64,000 nt of DNA from Acidimicrobiia bacterium (GTDB lineage: Bacteria > Actinomycetota > Acidimicrobiia > Acidimicrobiales > VFJN01), in contig SHVB01000016.1 of the NCBI GenBank assembly GCA_009694375.1, positions 189 to 64,188 of the forward strand, read 5' to 3'. A program made the position numbers and the translations under genes. The notes under the pieces are model-generated. The model was not told where the DNA came from, searched no databases, and saw nothing but the letters and a program-made list of their open reading frames with translations. Below, piece after piece: positions 1 through 7,806 of this stretch (positions are counted from its first letter, which is position 1; each line of letters begins with the position of its first letter).

Positions 1-75
1 AACAGCATCGCCACTGGGACCACCCGGCCCCGGTGACCATGCCGTGACCTCCGTCCTTTCCTGGACCAGAGTCAG

Positions 76-777
76 TCACGGCTGCAGGTCCGACTCCTGC
101 ACCTCGGCGCGGATCGACGTAACGACGATCACCTCTACGATGCCCTCCCCGTACTCAACCCGGCTGGCCGAGCGCGCCCCCGTGAAGGGATCAAAACAGA
201 AGCGGGCACGAATACCAAACGGAGCCCGGGGTTCCACCCGAATCTGCTTCAGGGAGAAACACCCGGTGGAGGTCTCCGCAACCGTGTAGAGAGCCCCTGG
301 ACCGGTAACCATCGCTCGAAGCGCCGCTATCTCCGTGATCACCGATTCGCGAAAGGTAGGGCCTCCGGGTTCGCCCAACCGGCAGACCGATGGGCCGATC
401 TCCCCCGTGGGAGGCACCGGGCAAAACACTGGCCGGTCGTCATCACGACCATCAACACCACCGAGTTGCCGGTGGAGGCGGCGCGGGGGGAGTTGCGCCA
501 CGACGTCCTTCGAGGCCACCCGGGCACCAGTAATGGAACTGGTTCTCTCAAAGGTGCCCGATGCCACATACGTCCCCATGCGACTCCGCTCCCAGACCTC
601 CACAAACTGCTCGGCGGTCGAGGTAGCCGCATCCCGGCGCGCCACCGGAGGACGCGTGTGGAGCGCATCGGCGGTCACCAGGATGAGAAGAGTCGCGTAG
701 GCAGCCACCGCTGCCCAGCCCCACGCAAACCTCATCCGTGATCGCATCCCCGACGACGGTACGCGATCGTGCAGCAC
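76..777 (-). CDS. hypothetical membrane-anchored or exported protein
   Basis: 233-aa ORF with an Arg-rich N-terminus followed by the hydrophobic segment FAWGWAAVAAYATLLILV. I recognise no catalytic motif. Confidence 0.4.
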   Translation of the reverse strand: MLHDRVPSSGMRSRMRFAWGWAAVAAYATLLILVTADALHTRPPVARRDAATSTAEQFVEVWERSRMGTYVASGTFERTSSITGARVASKDVVAQLPPRRLHRQLGGVDGRDDDRPVFCPVPPTGEIGPSVCRLGEPGGPTFRESVITEIAALRAMVTGPGALYTVAETSTGCFSLKQIRVEPRAPFGIRARFCFDPFTGARSASRVEYGEGIVEVIVVTSIRAEVQESDLQP

Positions 778-823
778 CCATCGCGGTCACCCACGCTGGC
801 CATTGGTCATGCACCATGCCGAT

Positions 824-1243
824 TCAGTCCGTCGGTGGCGAGCGCCGCTCGGCTTTACGGTTCGACTGCCGCCGCTTGGCATCCAATCGCTTCCTGTCAC
901 TCGCCTTGCTTGGCTTGGTGGCCCGTCGAGGCGCCGATGTCCGCAAGGCATCCGCCAGCCGAGTGGCGAGACGTTCGAGGGCCAACTCACGATTTCGAGC
1001 CTGTGACCGCTCATCGGAGGCCACCACCCAGACCTCAGGACCGAAGCGCTCCAACAAACGTGCCCGCTGGCGAGGTCCCAGCGAAGGGGAACCAGCGATG
1101 TCGAAGCGCACCTCGGCCCGGGTGTCGGAGGTGTTGGCATGCTGCCCCCCGGGGCCACCGGAGCGACTGAAGCGCCACGAGAGTTCGGAGAGTGGCACGA
1201 CAAGGGTGCTCGATACACGCAACCGGTTGGGCTCATCCGCCAT
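824..1243 (-). CDS. arfB: alternative ribosome-rescue factor ArfB (peptidyl-tRNA hydrolase, GGQ class)
   Basis: GGQ motif in SGGPGGQHANTSDTRAEVRF and a basic C-terminal tail (KPSKASDRKRLDAKRRQSNRKAERR). About 139 aa when started at the internal ATG at 1243 (MADEPNRL), which matches YaeJ/ArfB length. Confidence 0.8.
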   Translation of the reverse strand: MADEPNRLRVSSTLVVPLSELSWRFSRSGGPGGQHANTSDTRAEVRFDIAGSPSLGPRQRARLLERFGPEVWVVASDERSQARNRELALERLATRLADALRTSAPRRATKPSKASDRKRLDAKRRQSNRKAERRSPPTD

Positions 1244-1265
1244 GCCCCCAGCGTAGGGTCGGGCC

Positions 1266-1484
1266 ATGCCCAACGAAGACCGCACCGCCAGCCAATGGAT
1301 CGCCGCCTTCGCCAGCGCCCTGGGCACCGAACCCCCGGATCAAACCACCATCGACATCCTGCTCAACCTCGCCGGCACGGCCGCCCACGCCTCAGAGCGC
1401 ACGGCGGCCCCGATCGCCTGTTGGCTCATCGGACGCGCGGGGCTGTCCCCGGCGGATGCACAACGCCTCGCCGACACGATCTGA
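1266..1484 (+). CDS. small conserved hypothetical protein (DUF6457-like)
   Basis: 72-aa ORF (MPNEDRTASQWIAAFASALG...). A TAGGGT -10-like hexamer ends 6 nt before the ATG, which suggests a leaderless mRNA. The family assignment is from memory only. Confidence 0.4.
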   Translation: MPNEDRTASQWIAAFASALGTEPPDQTTIDILLNLAGTAAHASERTAAPIACWLIGRAGLSPADAQRLADTI

Positions 1485-1554
1485 CCGATCGCCATCTTGG
1501 GCCCGCCGGGGGCCAGGGCGGGTTGCTACCCGGCCCAGCGCGCGAACCGAAGGC

Positions 1555-3942
1555 TCAGTCGAAGCCCTTGGCCATATTGGCAAACAGCGTGTACTGGGGC
1601 AGGAACGCCAGTTGTACAACCCCGGTGGGCCCCGAGCGATGCTTCGCCACGATGATCTCGGCCGTACCGGCATTATCGGGCTTGGCGTCGTAGATCTCCT
1701 CCCGAAAGATAAAGATCACCACGTCGGAGTCCTGCTCGATGCTCCCTGATTCCCGCAGGTCAGCCAGCATCGGACGCTTATCCGTGCGCATCTCCAGACC
1801 GCGCGACAACTGACTGAGTGCCACTACCGGTGTTTCAAGTTCGCGAGCGAGGATTTTCAGGCCGCGGCTGAGTTCGGAAACCTCAACCTGGCGGTTCTCC
1901 GCATTGGATCGGCCGCTCATCAACTGGAGGTAATCGATCACGATCATCCCGAGACTGCCGATCTGACTCTTCAGGCGCCGGGCCTTCGCCCGAATCTCCA
2001 TGATGGTCAGATGCGGATTGTCATCGATCCAGATCGGCGCATCGGCCAGACGCCCCATGGCCCGAGAAATCTTGGACCAGTCATCGGCTTGGAGCTGTCC
2101 ATTACGGATCCGGGCGGCATCGACCCTCGCCTCGGAACAGATGAGCCGCTGGGAAAGTTCCAGGTTGCTCATCTCGAGGGAGAACATCAGCACCGGCTTC
2201 TGTGCCTCGAGCGCCGCGTGGGCCACCATGCCGAGCGCAAAGGATGTGTTGTGCACGAATACATCAGCCGCCACAAAGTTATGAAGGCCCGGAATGGTGA
2301 GGTCATAGACCTGCTCGGACCCCTCTGCCTCAATGGCCACGATTTCGTCCCACCGGACCACACCTTGGGGCCGTTCGAGAGCCAAAGCACCCGTTTCGCC
2401 AGTACCTGCGGGCACCAATCGGGCCGCGAGGCGAGCCCGCGCCACCAGATCATCGAGAAGGATCTGCTGGCCCAGTATCCCGATTTCCCCCGCCAGCCGC
2501 GCCAGGTCCTCGGCGTCGCTTACCTCCAAGACACGACGGCCCAGCCCACCCGACGGCGCGCCCACGGCGGCGTTGATCCCAAATCTCAAGAAAAGGTGCT
2601 GGAGATCCTGTGCCAATCTTGCACTGGCCAACGGGAGTCGCAGCCGGCCCGCATCGTCGTGACCGCTGGGCGGGGCGATCGTGGCTGCCGCAGCCAACAC
2701 CCGGTTCAAGTAGGTGGCCAGTTGGTGTCGGGGCAGGCGATACACCGCCTCGGGCACGCGGCGAGCCTCCGCCGCACCACCGAGGCGGTGCCGCTGCTGC
2801 AAACGGGCGACCACGCCGGGGCTGCCCTCCGCCAGGGGCGGCGCAGCGCTCGTGGAGACGCCGCTGGGCGCCCCCGTGAGGTACCCGAGGAGGCTCACCT
2901 CGACATCGGGTAGCGAATCGCCGCCGAAAATCGCCAGGCCGCTCGGGACCGCCACCACATCGCCGGGGCTCAGGGCCACCAGCGGGCGCCAACCCTCCGG
3001 TGTGAGGAAGGGGTGGCTCGCCGTCGTGCGCACTTCACGACCGAGTCGCGTCCGCACTCGAAACACCGGCTTGTGGCCATCGTCCACAAACGCCGACGGC
3101 GCCGTAACCGCTAACCGGTGATCCGCATCCAGCGACATGACCCGCACGGCATCGCCACGCTCGCCGACCCGGTGTAAGGCGGCCGCGGTGCGAACCGCGC
3201 CGGTAAGCGGATCCACGATCGGGGTATCCCACGCCACACACTTCCCCATCGCGGGACGAGCACCTACCACCACCAACGAACTCGGTTGCAACCCCGAGAG
3301 GAGCTGATCTAGATCGATGTACCCCGTGGGGGTGCCGGTGACGGTGTCGCCCTGCTCGTACAACTTCTCGAGCCGATCCAGATTGTCGGATAGGAGATCG
3401 GAGACACGCTTCGTGCTGTCGGTGACCCGACGTTCATTCACCTCGTAGACCATGGCCTCGGCGCGGTCGAGGGCCTTCGCCACATCGTCGGGCACTGAGT
3501 AGCCCAATTCCGAGATCTCGCCAGCCACCCCGATCAGGCGCCGCAACAGGGCATACTCCTCCACGATCCTGGCGTAGCGCGCCGCATTGGTGGTGGCCGG
3601 CGTGGACGACATGATCTGGGCCAGGACCGCCGGCCCGCCAATGGCCTCCAGCAGCCCGGCCCGCCGGAGTTCGTCGGACACGGTGACGGAATCTGCTGGT
3701 TGACCGGAAGCATACAGCGTGTGAATCGCGTCATATACGTGGCCGTGGGCGGGCTTGTAGAAATCCGACGCATTCACTACCCCGGCCGCGCCGGCGATGG
3801 CCTCGGTAGAGAGCATCATCGCCCCCAGCAGCGACTCTTCGGCCTGCAAATCGTGGGGTGGCACCCGGCCCGCGGGAGCGGAAGGTCGGGGGGATTCGTT
3901 GGCATCAGGTCTGGTCGCCATAGGTCCTCCACCTTGGTCCAC
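1555..3942 (-). CDS. dnaB: replicative DNA helicase DnaB, interrupted by an intein
   Basis: 795-aa ORF. The N-terminal domain contains PPHDLQAEESLLGAMML. The Walker A loop is split as GARPAMGK / TSFALG. The C-terminal RecA-like motifs are MIVIDYLQLM, ALSQLSR and RESGSIEQDSDVV. The exteins total 464 aa. Confidence 0.95.
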   Translation of the reverse strand: MDQGGGPMATRPDANESPRPSAPAGRVPPHDLQAEESLLGAMMLSTEAIAGAAGVVNASDFYKPAHGHVYDAIHTLYASGQPADSVTVSDELRRAGLLEAIGGPAVLAQIMSSTPATTNAARYARIVEEYALLRRLIGVAGEISELGYSVPDDVAKALDRAEAMVYEVNERRVTDSTKRVSDLLSDNLDRLEKLYEQGDTVTGTPTGYIDLDQLLSGLQPSSLVVVGARPAMGKCVAWDTPIVDPLTGAVRTAAALHRVGERGDAVRVMSLDADHRLAVTAPSAFVDDGHKPVFRVRTRLGREVRTTASHPFLTPEGWRPLVALSPGDVVAVPSGLAIFGGDSLPDVEVSLLGYLTGAPSGVSTSAAPPLAEGSPGVVARLQQRHRLGGAAEARRVPEAVYRLPRHQLATYLNRVLAAAATIAPPSGHDDAGRLRLPLASARLAQDLQHLFLRFGINAAVGAPSGGLGRRVLEVSDAEDLARLAGEIGILGQQILLDDLVARARLAARLVPAGTGETGALALERPQGVVRWDEIVAIEAEGSEQVYDLTIPGLHNFVAADVFVHNTSFALGMVAHAALEAQKPVLMFSLEMSNLELSQRLICSEARVDAARIRNGQLQADDWSKISRAMGRLADAPIWIDDNPHLTIMEIRAKARRLKSQIGSLGMIVIDYLQLMSGRSNAENRQVEVSELSRGLKILARELETPVVALSQLSRGLEMRTDKRPMLADLRESGSIEQDSDVVIFIFREEIYDAKPDNAGTAEIIVAKHRSGPTGVVQLAFLPQYTLFANMAKGFD
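2248..3240 (-). mobile_element. 331-aa intein inserted in the DnaB P-loop (Cys1 ... His-Asn / +1 Thr)
   Basis: Cys1 codon at 3238-3240 (TGT on the minus strand), directly after GARPAMGK. Block A is CVAWDTPIV, block B TTASHPFLT, block F VYDLTIPGLHNFVA and block G DVFVHN, followed by TSFALG. The terminal Asn codon is at 2248-2250. Confidence 0.85.
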
Positions 3943-3967
3943 GCGGCCTGTGGGCTACCAGAGGGAC

Positions 3968-3989
3968 AACCCTGGGGAAACCCTGGGGA
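3968..3989. repeat. 2 x 11-bp perfect tandem repeat upstream of dnaB
   Basis: aaccctgggga aaccctgggga, 26-47 nt upstream of the dnaB ATG at 3942. Confidence 0.85.
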
Positions 3990-4088
3990 TGTGTCGCTCC
4001 AGACTGTGGATATGGCTGTGTATAACTTTCCAGAAGACGCCTCGAACACGCTCTCGTTGGGCCGTCGGGTACCCCACCGGCCCGCAGG

Positions 4089-4535
4089 CTAGGACGAAAC
4101 CACCTCAACGGTGATCGGGAACTCCACATCTGCATGGAGTTTGGCGGGCACCACGTGGGTGCCAAGGGACCTGATCGGTTCGCTGAGGTGTAACTGGCGG
4201 CGGTCGAGGTCAATGCCCGTCTGGGCGGTGACCGCTTCCACAATCTGCTCGGTGGTAACCGAGCCGAAGAGCTTCCCCTCCGCCCCGGATCGAGCCGGGA
4301 TCGTGATTACCTGCGGCACGAGAGACTTCGCCACTGCTTCGGCCTTCACGCGGTCGCTGGCGTCGCGCACATCACGGCCCCGGCGCATCGCGCTGGCCTG
4401 AGCCTCCACGCCCGGGGTGGCCGGGAAGGCCAGGCCATTGGGAACGAGGTAATTGCGGCCAAAGCCCTTGGCCACCTCAACGATGTCGCCTTTCTTGCCG
4501 ACCTGATCCACATCGGCACGGAGAACGAGTTTCAC
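4089..4535 (-). CDS. rplI: 50S ribosomal protein L9
   Basis: [36 protein letters not shown] is a typical L9 N-terminus. It lies in the rpsF-ssb-rpsR-rplI cluster. Confidence 0.95.
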   Translation of the reverse strand: MKLVLRADVDQVGKKGDIVEVAKGFGRNYLVPNGLAFPATPGVEAQASAMRRGRDVRDASDRVKAEAVAKSLVPQVITIPARSGAEGKLFGSVTTEQIVEAVTAQTGIDLDRRQLHLSEPIRSLGTHVVPAKLHADVEFPITVEVVSS

Positions 4536-4990
4536 GACAGATCCTCCGCAGTACCGGCAGTCTCCACGAGGAGATCCCCTTCGACAACCTCCGCCTCACT
4601 GGCGAACTCGTCGGTACCCACTGCCTCACCGGGATCGGTATCGCGGCTCAGCGGCGCCGTCTCGGGAGCCGGGAGGTCGCGGTCGCGTTCGCGCCGGCCA
4701 CCCCGTTCGCCGTCCCGCTTGGGGCCCCGCGTCTGGGTAACACGACTTGCGTACGGCAAGATCGCCATTTCACGGGCATTTTTGATCGCCCGGGCGATCT
4801 CCGCCTGCTGCTGGGCGCTGTTACCACTCACCCGACGGGTGCGGATCTTGGCCCGGTCGGACATGAACCGGCGGAGCAGGTTCACATCTTTCCAGTCCAC
4901 GTAGTCCACTCGCTCGGTCACCAGAAGACTGACCTTCTTCTTGACGCGGCGACCGTTGTCTTTAGTTTTGGTGCGAACGGGCTTCGCCAT
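4532..4990 (-). CDS. rpsR: 30S ribosomal protein S18 with a C-terminal extension of about 68 aa
   Basis: S18 core: [53 protein letters not shown]. The ORF continues to 152 aa and its stop overlaps the rplI start. Confidence 0.9.
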   Translation of the reverse strand: MAKPVRTKTKDNGRRVKKKVSLLVTERVDYVDWKDVNLLRRFMSDRAKIRTRRVSGNSAQQQAEIARAIKNAREMAILPYASRVTQTRGPKRDGERGGRRERDRDLPAPETAPLSRDTDPGEAVGTDEFASEAEVVEGDLLVETAGTAEDLS

Positions 4991-5457
4991 CAGAAGGGCT
5001 CCTCAGCAGGGTCATAGCCAGCGGGGGCGGCATTCTCGACGGGACGACTCCCGCCGCCTTCGCCACCGCTGGAGGGAGCGGCGCCTTCGCGGCGCTCGTT
5101 ACGGGTGATGTCGGCGGTAGCAAAGAGCAGGCTGGCGCCCACCTCCTCGGCCACGATCTCCACCGCAGATCGCTTGTCGCCTTGGTCGGTCTCCCACGAA
5201 CGCTGCTCGAGGCGACCCGTGACGACCACGCGAGTGCCCTTCACGAGCGTGTCGCTCACGTTCTGACCGAGCTGGGCCCAGCACTTGACGTCGAAGAAGG
5301 AGGTCTGCTCTTCCCACTCCTTGGTCTGGCGGTTCTGCCAGCTTCGGTTCACCGCCAGGCCAAAACTCGCCACTGCCTGACCCGAGGGCGTAAACCGCAG
5401 TTCGGGATCTCGAGTGACGTTGCCGGTCACGCTGATGTTGTTGGTGTTACGTGCCAT
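4990..5457 (-). CDS. ssb: single-stranded DNA-binding protein
   Basis: OB-fold N-terminus [38 protein letters not shown], a Gly-rich linker and the acidic tail DPAEEPF. The internal ATG at 5457 is preferred over the 186-aa track ORF. Confidence 0.9.
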   Translation of the reverse strand: MARNTNNISVTGNVTRDPELRFTPSGQAVASFGLAVNRSWQNRQTKEWEEQTSFFDVKCWAQLGQNVSDTLVKGTRVVVTGRLEQRSWETDQGDKRSAVEIVAEEVGASLLFATADITRNERREGAAPSSGGEGGGSRPVENAAPAGYDPAEEPF

Positions 5458-5470
5458 GGTTATTGGTCTC

Positions 5471-5818
5471 CTATCCGGCAGTCGCCGGTTCGGCCTGCAC
5501 CTCGCCGAGCAGACCGCGTCTAGCGGCCTCCCGGTCGGGCAAGCGCACAAGCTTGTGGCGAACTACTTCGTCCGCAAGACGCAGGGATCGCTCGAGAGCC
5601 TCAAGGTCGCCGCCATCGGAGGTGATCTCCCAGACGACGTAGTAGCCCTCTTGCTTGTGATTGATCTCATAGGCGAAGCGACGTCGGCCCCACCGATCGG
5701 TGCTGGCCACCGTCGCGCCGCGGGTGGCGATCGCCGCCGCCGCCAACTTGACCTGATCGTCGATCGCCTGGTCGTCGAGACCGGAATCGAAGATGACCAT
5801 CAACTCATAGGCCCGCAT
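5471..5818 (-). CDS. rpsF: 30S ribosomal protein S6
   Basis: MRAYELMVIFDSGLDD...RWGRRRFAYEINHKQEGYYVVW. 115 aa from the ATG at 5818. The 283-aa track ORF is an upstream read-through. Confidence 0.9.
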   Translation of the reverse strand: MRAYELMVIFDSGLDDQAIDDQVKLAAAAIATRGATVASTDRWGRRRFAYEINHKQEGYYVVWEITSDGGDLEALERSLRLADEVVRHKLVRLPDREAARRGLLGEVQAEPATAG

Positions 5819-5973
5819 GGGCGTACATCCTCCCTGTGGACCCGGCAGCACCGGGGCCCCCACGGTGGGGGCAGGGTGTCGAAATGACCTCGTGATCGTA
5901 GCGGTGGTGAGGGCGGCAGCACACATTCGCGACCTTACGGCGGTGGTGAGACAGTCCTCCTGACGACAATGGC

Positions 5974-6603
5974 TTACGCCGGCGCGCATGCACCCCCCAC
6001 GGCCACCGTGGCCTCCTCGGTGATCCCGAGGTCCGGCAGATCCCCTTGGAACGTTTCGATCGCGTAGCGGTAGGGCCCCCCGGGGGCGTAACGGGGGCAA
6101 CCCTGCCGATCCCGACACGGCGCCATGTCCTTGATGCTCACGACATGCCCGTCCTCCGCCACCCACGCGATGCTCAAGGCAGTGGGTGTATTTCGCATGT
6201 AGAAGGGATTGGTGGTGTCGGCTTGGTAGACGAACACCATGCCGTCGTAGCCCCCGAGGTCGGTGACCTCCATAAGACCCCGGTTGCGCTGGGTTGCGTT
6301 GAGGGCGGCCAGCAGACACCAAAACAACGGGGGCGCGCCGCGGCCGGGTTCCACCGTGATGGCAATCTCATCGAATCCCTCCACGCCGGTACGACCGGAG
6401 TCGCCCGGCGGCACAAACCCTGGTGCAACCGTGGGAGGGACCACCTCCCCACCGTCAGGGCCAGCGTTGCGGGTCTGACTCCATTGCAGGGCCAACGTGA
6501 TACCCAACACCAACACGATCACCGTGGCCAGAACCAAACCGCCGCGCAACTCACTACGTTCGAAACGCACCCGGGCATGCTCCCATGCCCCGGGCCTGCC
6601 CAC
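5974..6603 (-). CDS. DUF192 domain-containing membrane-anchored protein
   Basis: N-terminal TM segment GGLVLATVIVLVLGITLAL. The DUF192-like core is GLMEVTDLGGYDGMVFVY...FYMRNTPTALSIAWVAEDGHVVSI. Confidence 0.6.
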   Translation of the reverse strand: MGRPGAWEHARVRFERSELRGGLVLATVIVLVLGITLALQWSQTRNAGPDGGEVVPPTVAPGFVPPGDSGRTGVEGFDEIAITVEPGRGAPPLFWCLLAALNATQRNRGLMEVTDLGGYDGMVFVYQADTTNPFYMRNTPTALSIAWVAEDGHVVSIKDMAPCRDRQGCPRYAPGGPYRYAIETFQGDLPDLGITEEATVAVGGACAPA

Positions 6604-6609
6604 CGGCCA

Positions 6610-7503
6610 CTACGCCATCGATGCCGAGCCGGTTGCGTAAAGCCCCAACGTCTCGGCCACATCAGGGCAAAGGTGGTACGTCTCCCCCTCCGATGGGAAC
6701 GCCCCGGAACGCACGTCGGCCGCATAGGCCTCCAACGCCTCCACGGCGTTGGCCTTGAGATCGCCGTAGCGCCGCACGAACTTCGGCAGGATGCGGTCCT
6801 CGATGCCCACCACGTCGTGGAATACCAGCACCTGTCCGTCGGTACCAGGACCGGCGCCGATGCCAATGGTGGGTACGTCGACCGATTCGGTGATCACCTT
6901 GGCCACCTCGGCGGGTACACCCTCGAGCACAATGGCAAAACATCCGGCCGCCGCCAGGGCCTTCGCGTCGGCGAGCAGTTCCTGGGCGGCCCCGTGCTCC
7001 TTACCCTGCACCTTGAAGCCGCCCATCGCATGAATGGACTGTGGTGTGAGCCCCAGGTGCCCCATCACCGGGATCTCGGCATCGAGTAGCGCCTCAATCA
7101 TCGCCAGACGCTTCCGACCGCCCTCCAGTTTCACCCCCTGCGCACCTGCGCGCACGAGTTGGGCGGCATTGTTCACGGTGTCCACCGTGGTCGTGTGGTA
7201 GCTCATCCAGGGCAGATCAGCCACCAAAAAGGGTTTGGCGACAGAACGATCGGGGGCAGAGGTAGCCAGTCCCCGGGCTACCGCCGCGGTGTGGTGGGCG
7301 AGGTCGGCCACCGTCACGGAAAGGGTGTCTTCGTACCCGAGCACCACCATGGCCACCGAATCGCCCACCAGGATCAGATCCACGCCGGCTTCGTCGGCCA
7401 TCCGCGCCGTTGGCGCGTCATAGGCCGTCACCATCACGAGCGGCTCATTCCCGCTGGCCACCTTTCGAACCCTCACGCCCGGCGCCGTGAACTTCGTTCG
7501 CAT
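6610..7503 (-). CDS. panB: 3-methyl-2-oxobutanoate hydroxymethyltransferase
   Basis: VMVTAYDAPTARMADEAGVDLILVGDSVAMVVLGYEDT and KLEGG motifs. Start taken at the ATG at 7503 (MRTKF), giving 297 aa. Confidence 0.9.
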   Translation of the reverse strand: MRTKFTAPGVRVRKVASGNEPLVMVTAYDAPTARMADEAGVDLILVGDSVAMVVLGYEDTLSVTVADLAHHTAAVARGLATSAPDRSVAKPFLVADLPWMSYHTTTVDTVNNAAQLVRAGAQGVKLEGGRKRLAMIEALLDAEIPVMGHLGLTPQSIHAMGGFKVQGKEHGAAQELLADAKALAAAGCFAIVLEGVPAEVAKVITESVDVPTIGIGAGPGTDGQVLVFHDVVGIEDRILPKFVRRYGDLKANAVEALEAYAADVRSGAFPSEGETYHLCPDVAETLGLYATGSASMA

Positions 7504-7806
7504 GTACGAACCCCCTGATCCCGTCCAGCGCCCATGTGGCTGCCAGCAGTACCCATAGCGTAGGCACAACCGGCTACCGGTGCCAACAACCTCGCTAGGG
7601 TCCGCCAGATGGAGCCAATCGGGCAGTGCGACAGTTGCGGGGATGAAGGGGTGGGGGTGGTGGCCCTGCACCGGATCTACCTGACCCCCGAGGCCGGCGA
7701 ACAAACCCCCACGATGGCGCTGCAGCCATCTCTGGAGCGCTGGTGCTTCTCGTGCCGAACGTCCTACCCGCACCAACTGCTGGACTAACGCCAGCGCGGT
7801 AACCCA

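Noticed and set aside
5471-6322. 283-aa version of the rpsF ORF
   Set aside because: Only the last 115 codons match ribosomal protein S6. The upstream part is Arg/Gly/His-rich read-through of the intergenic region and overlaps DUF192.
6046-7089. 347-aa plus-strand ORF overlapping DUF192 and panB
   Set aside because: It is antisense to two genes with clear family motifs. Its translation is Arg/Gly/His-rich with no motif. This is a typical high-GC shadow ORF.
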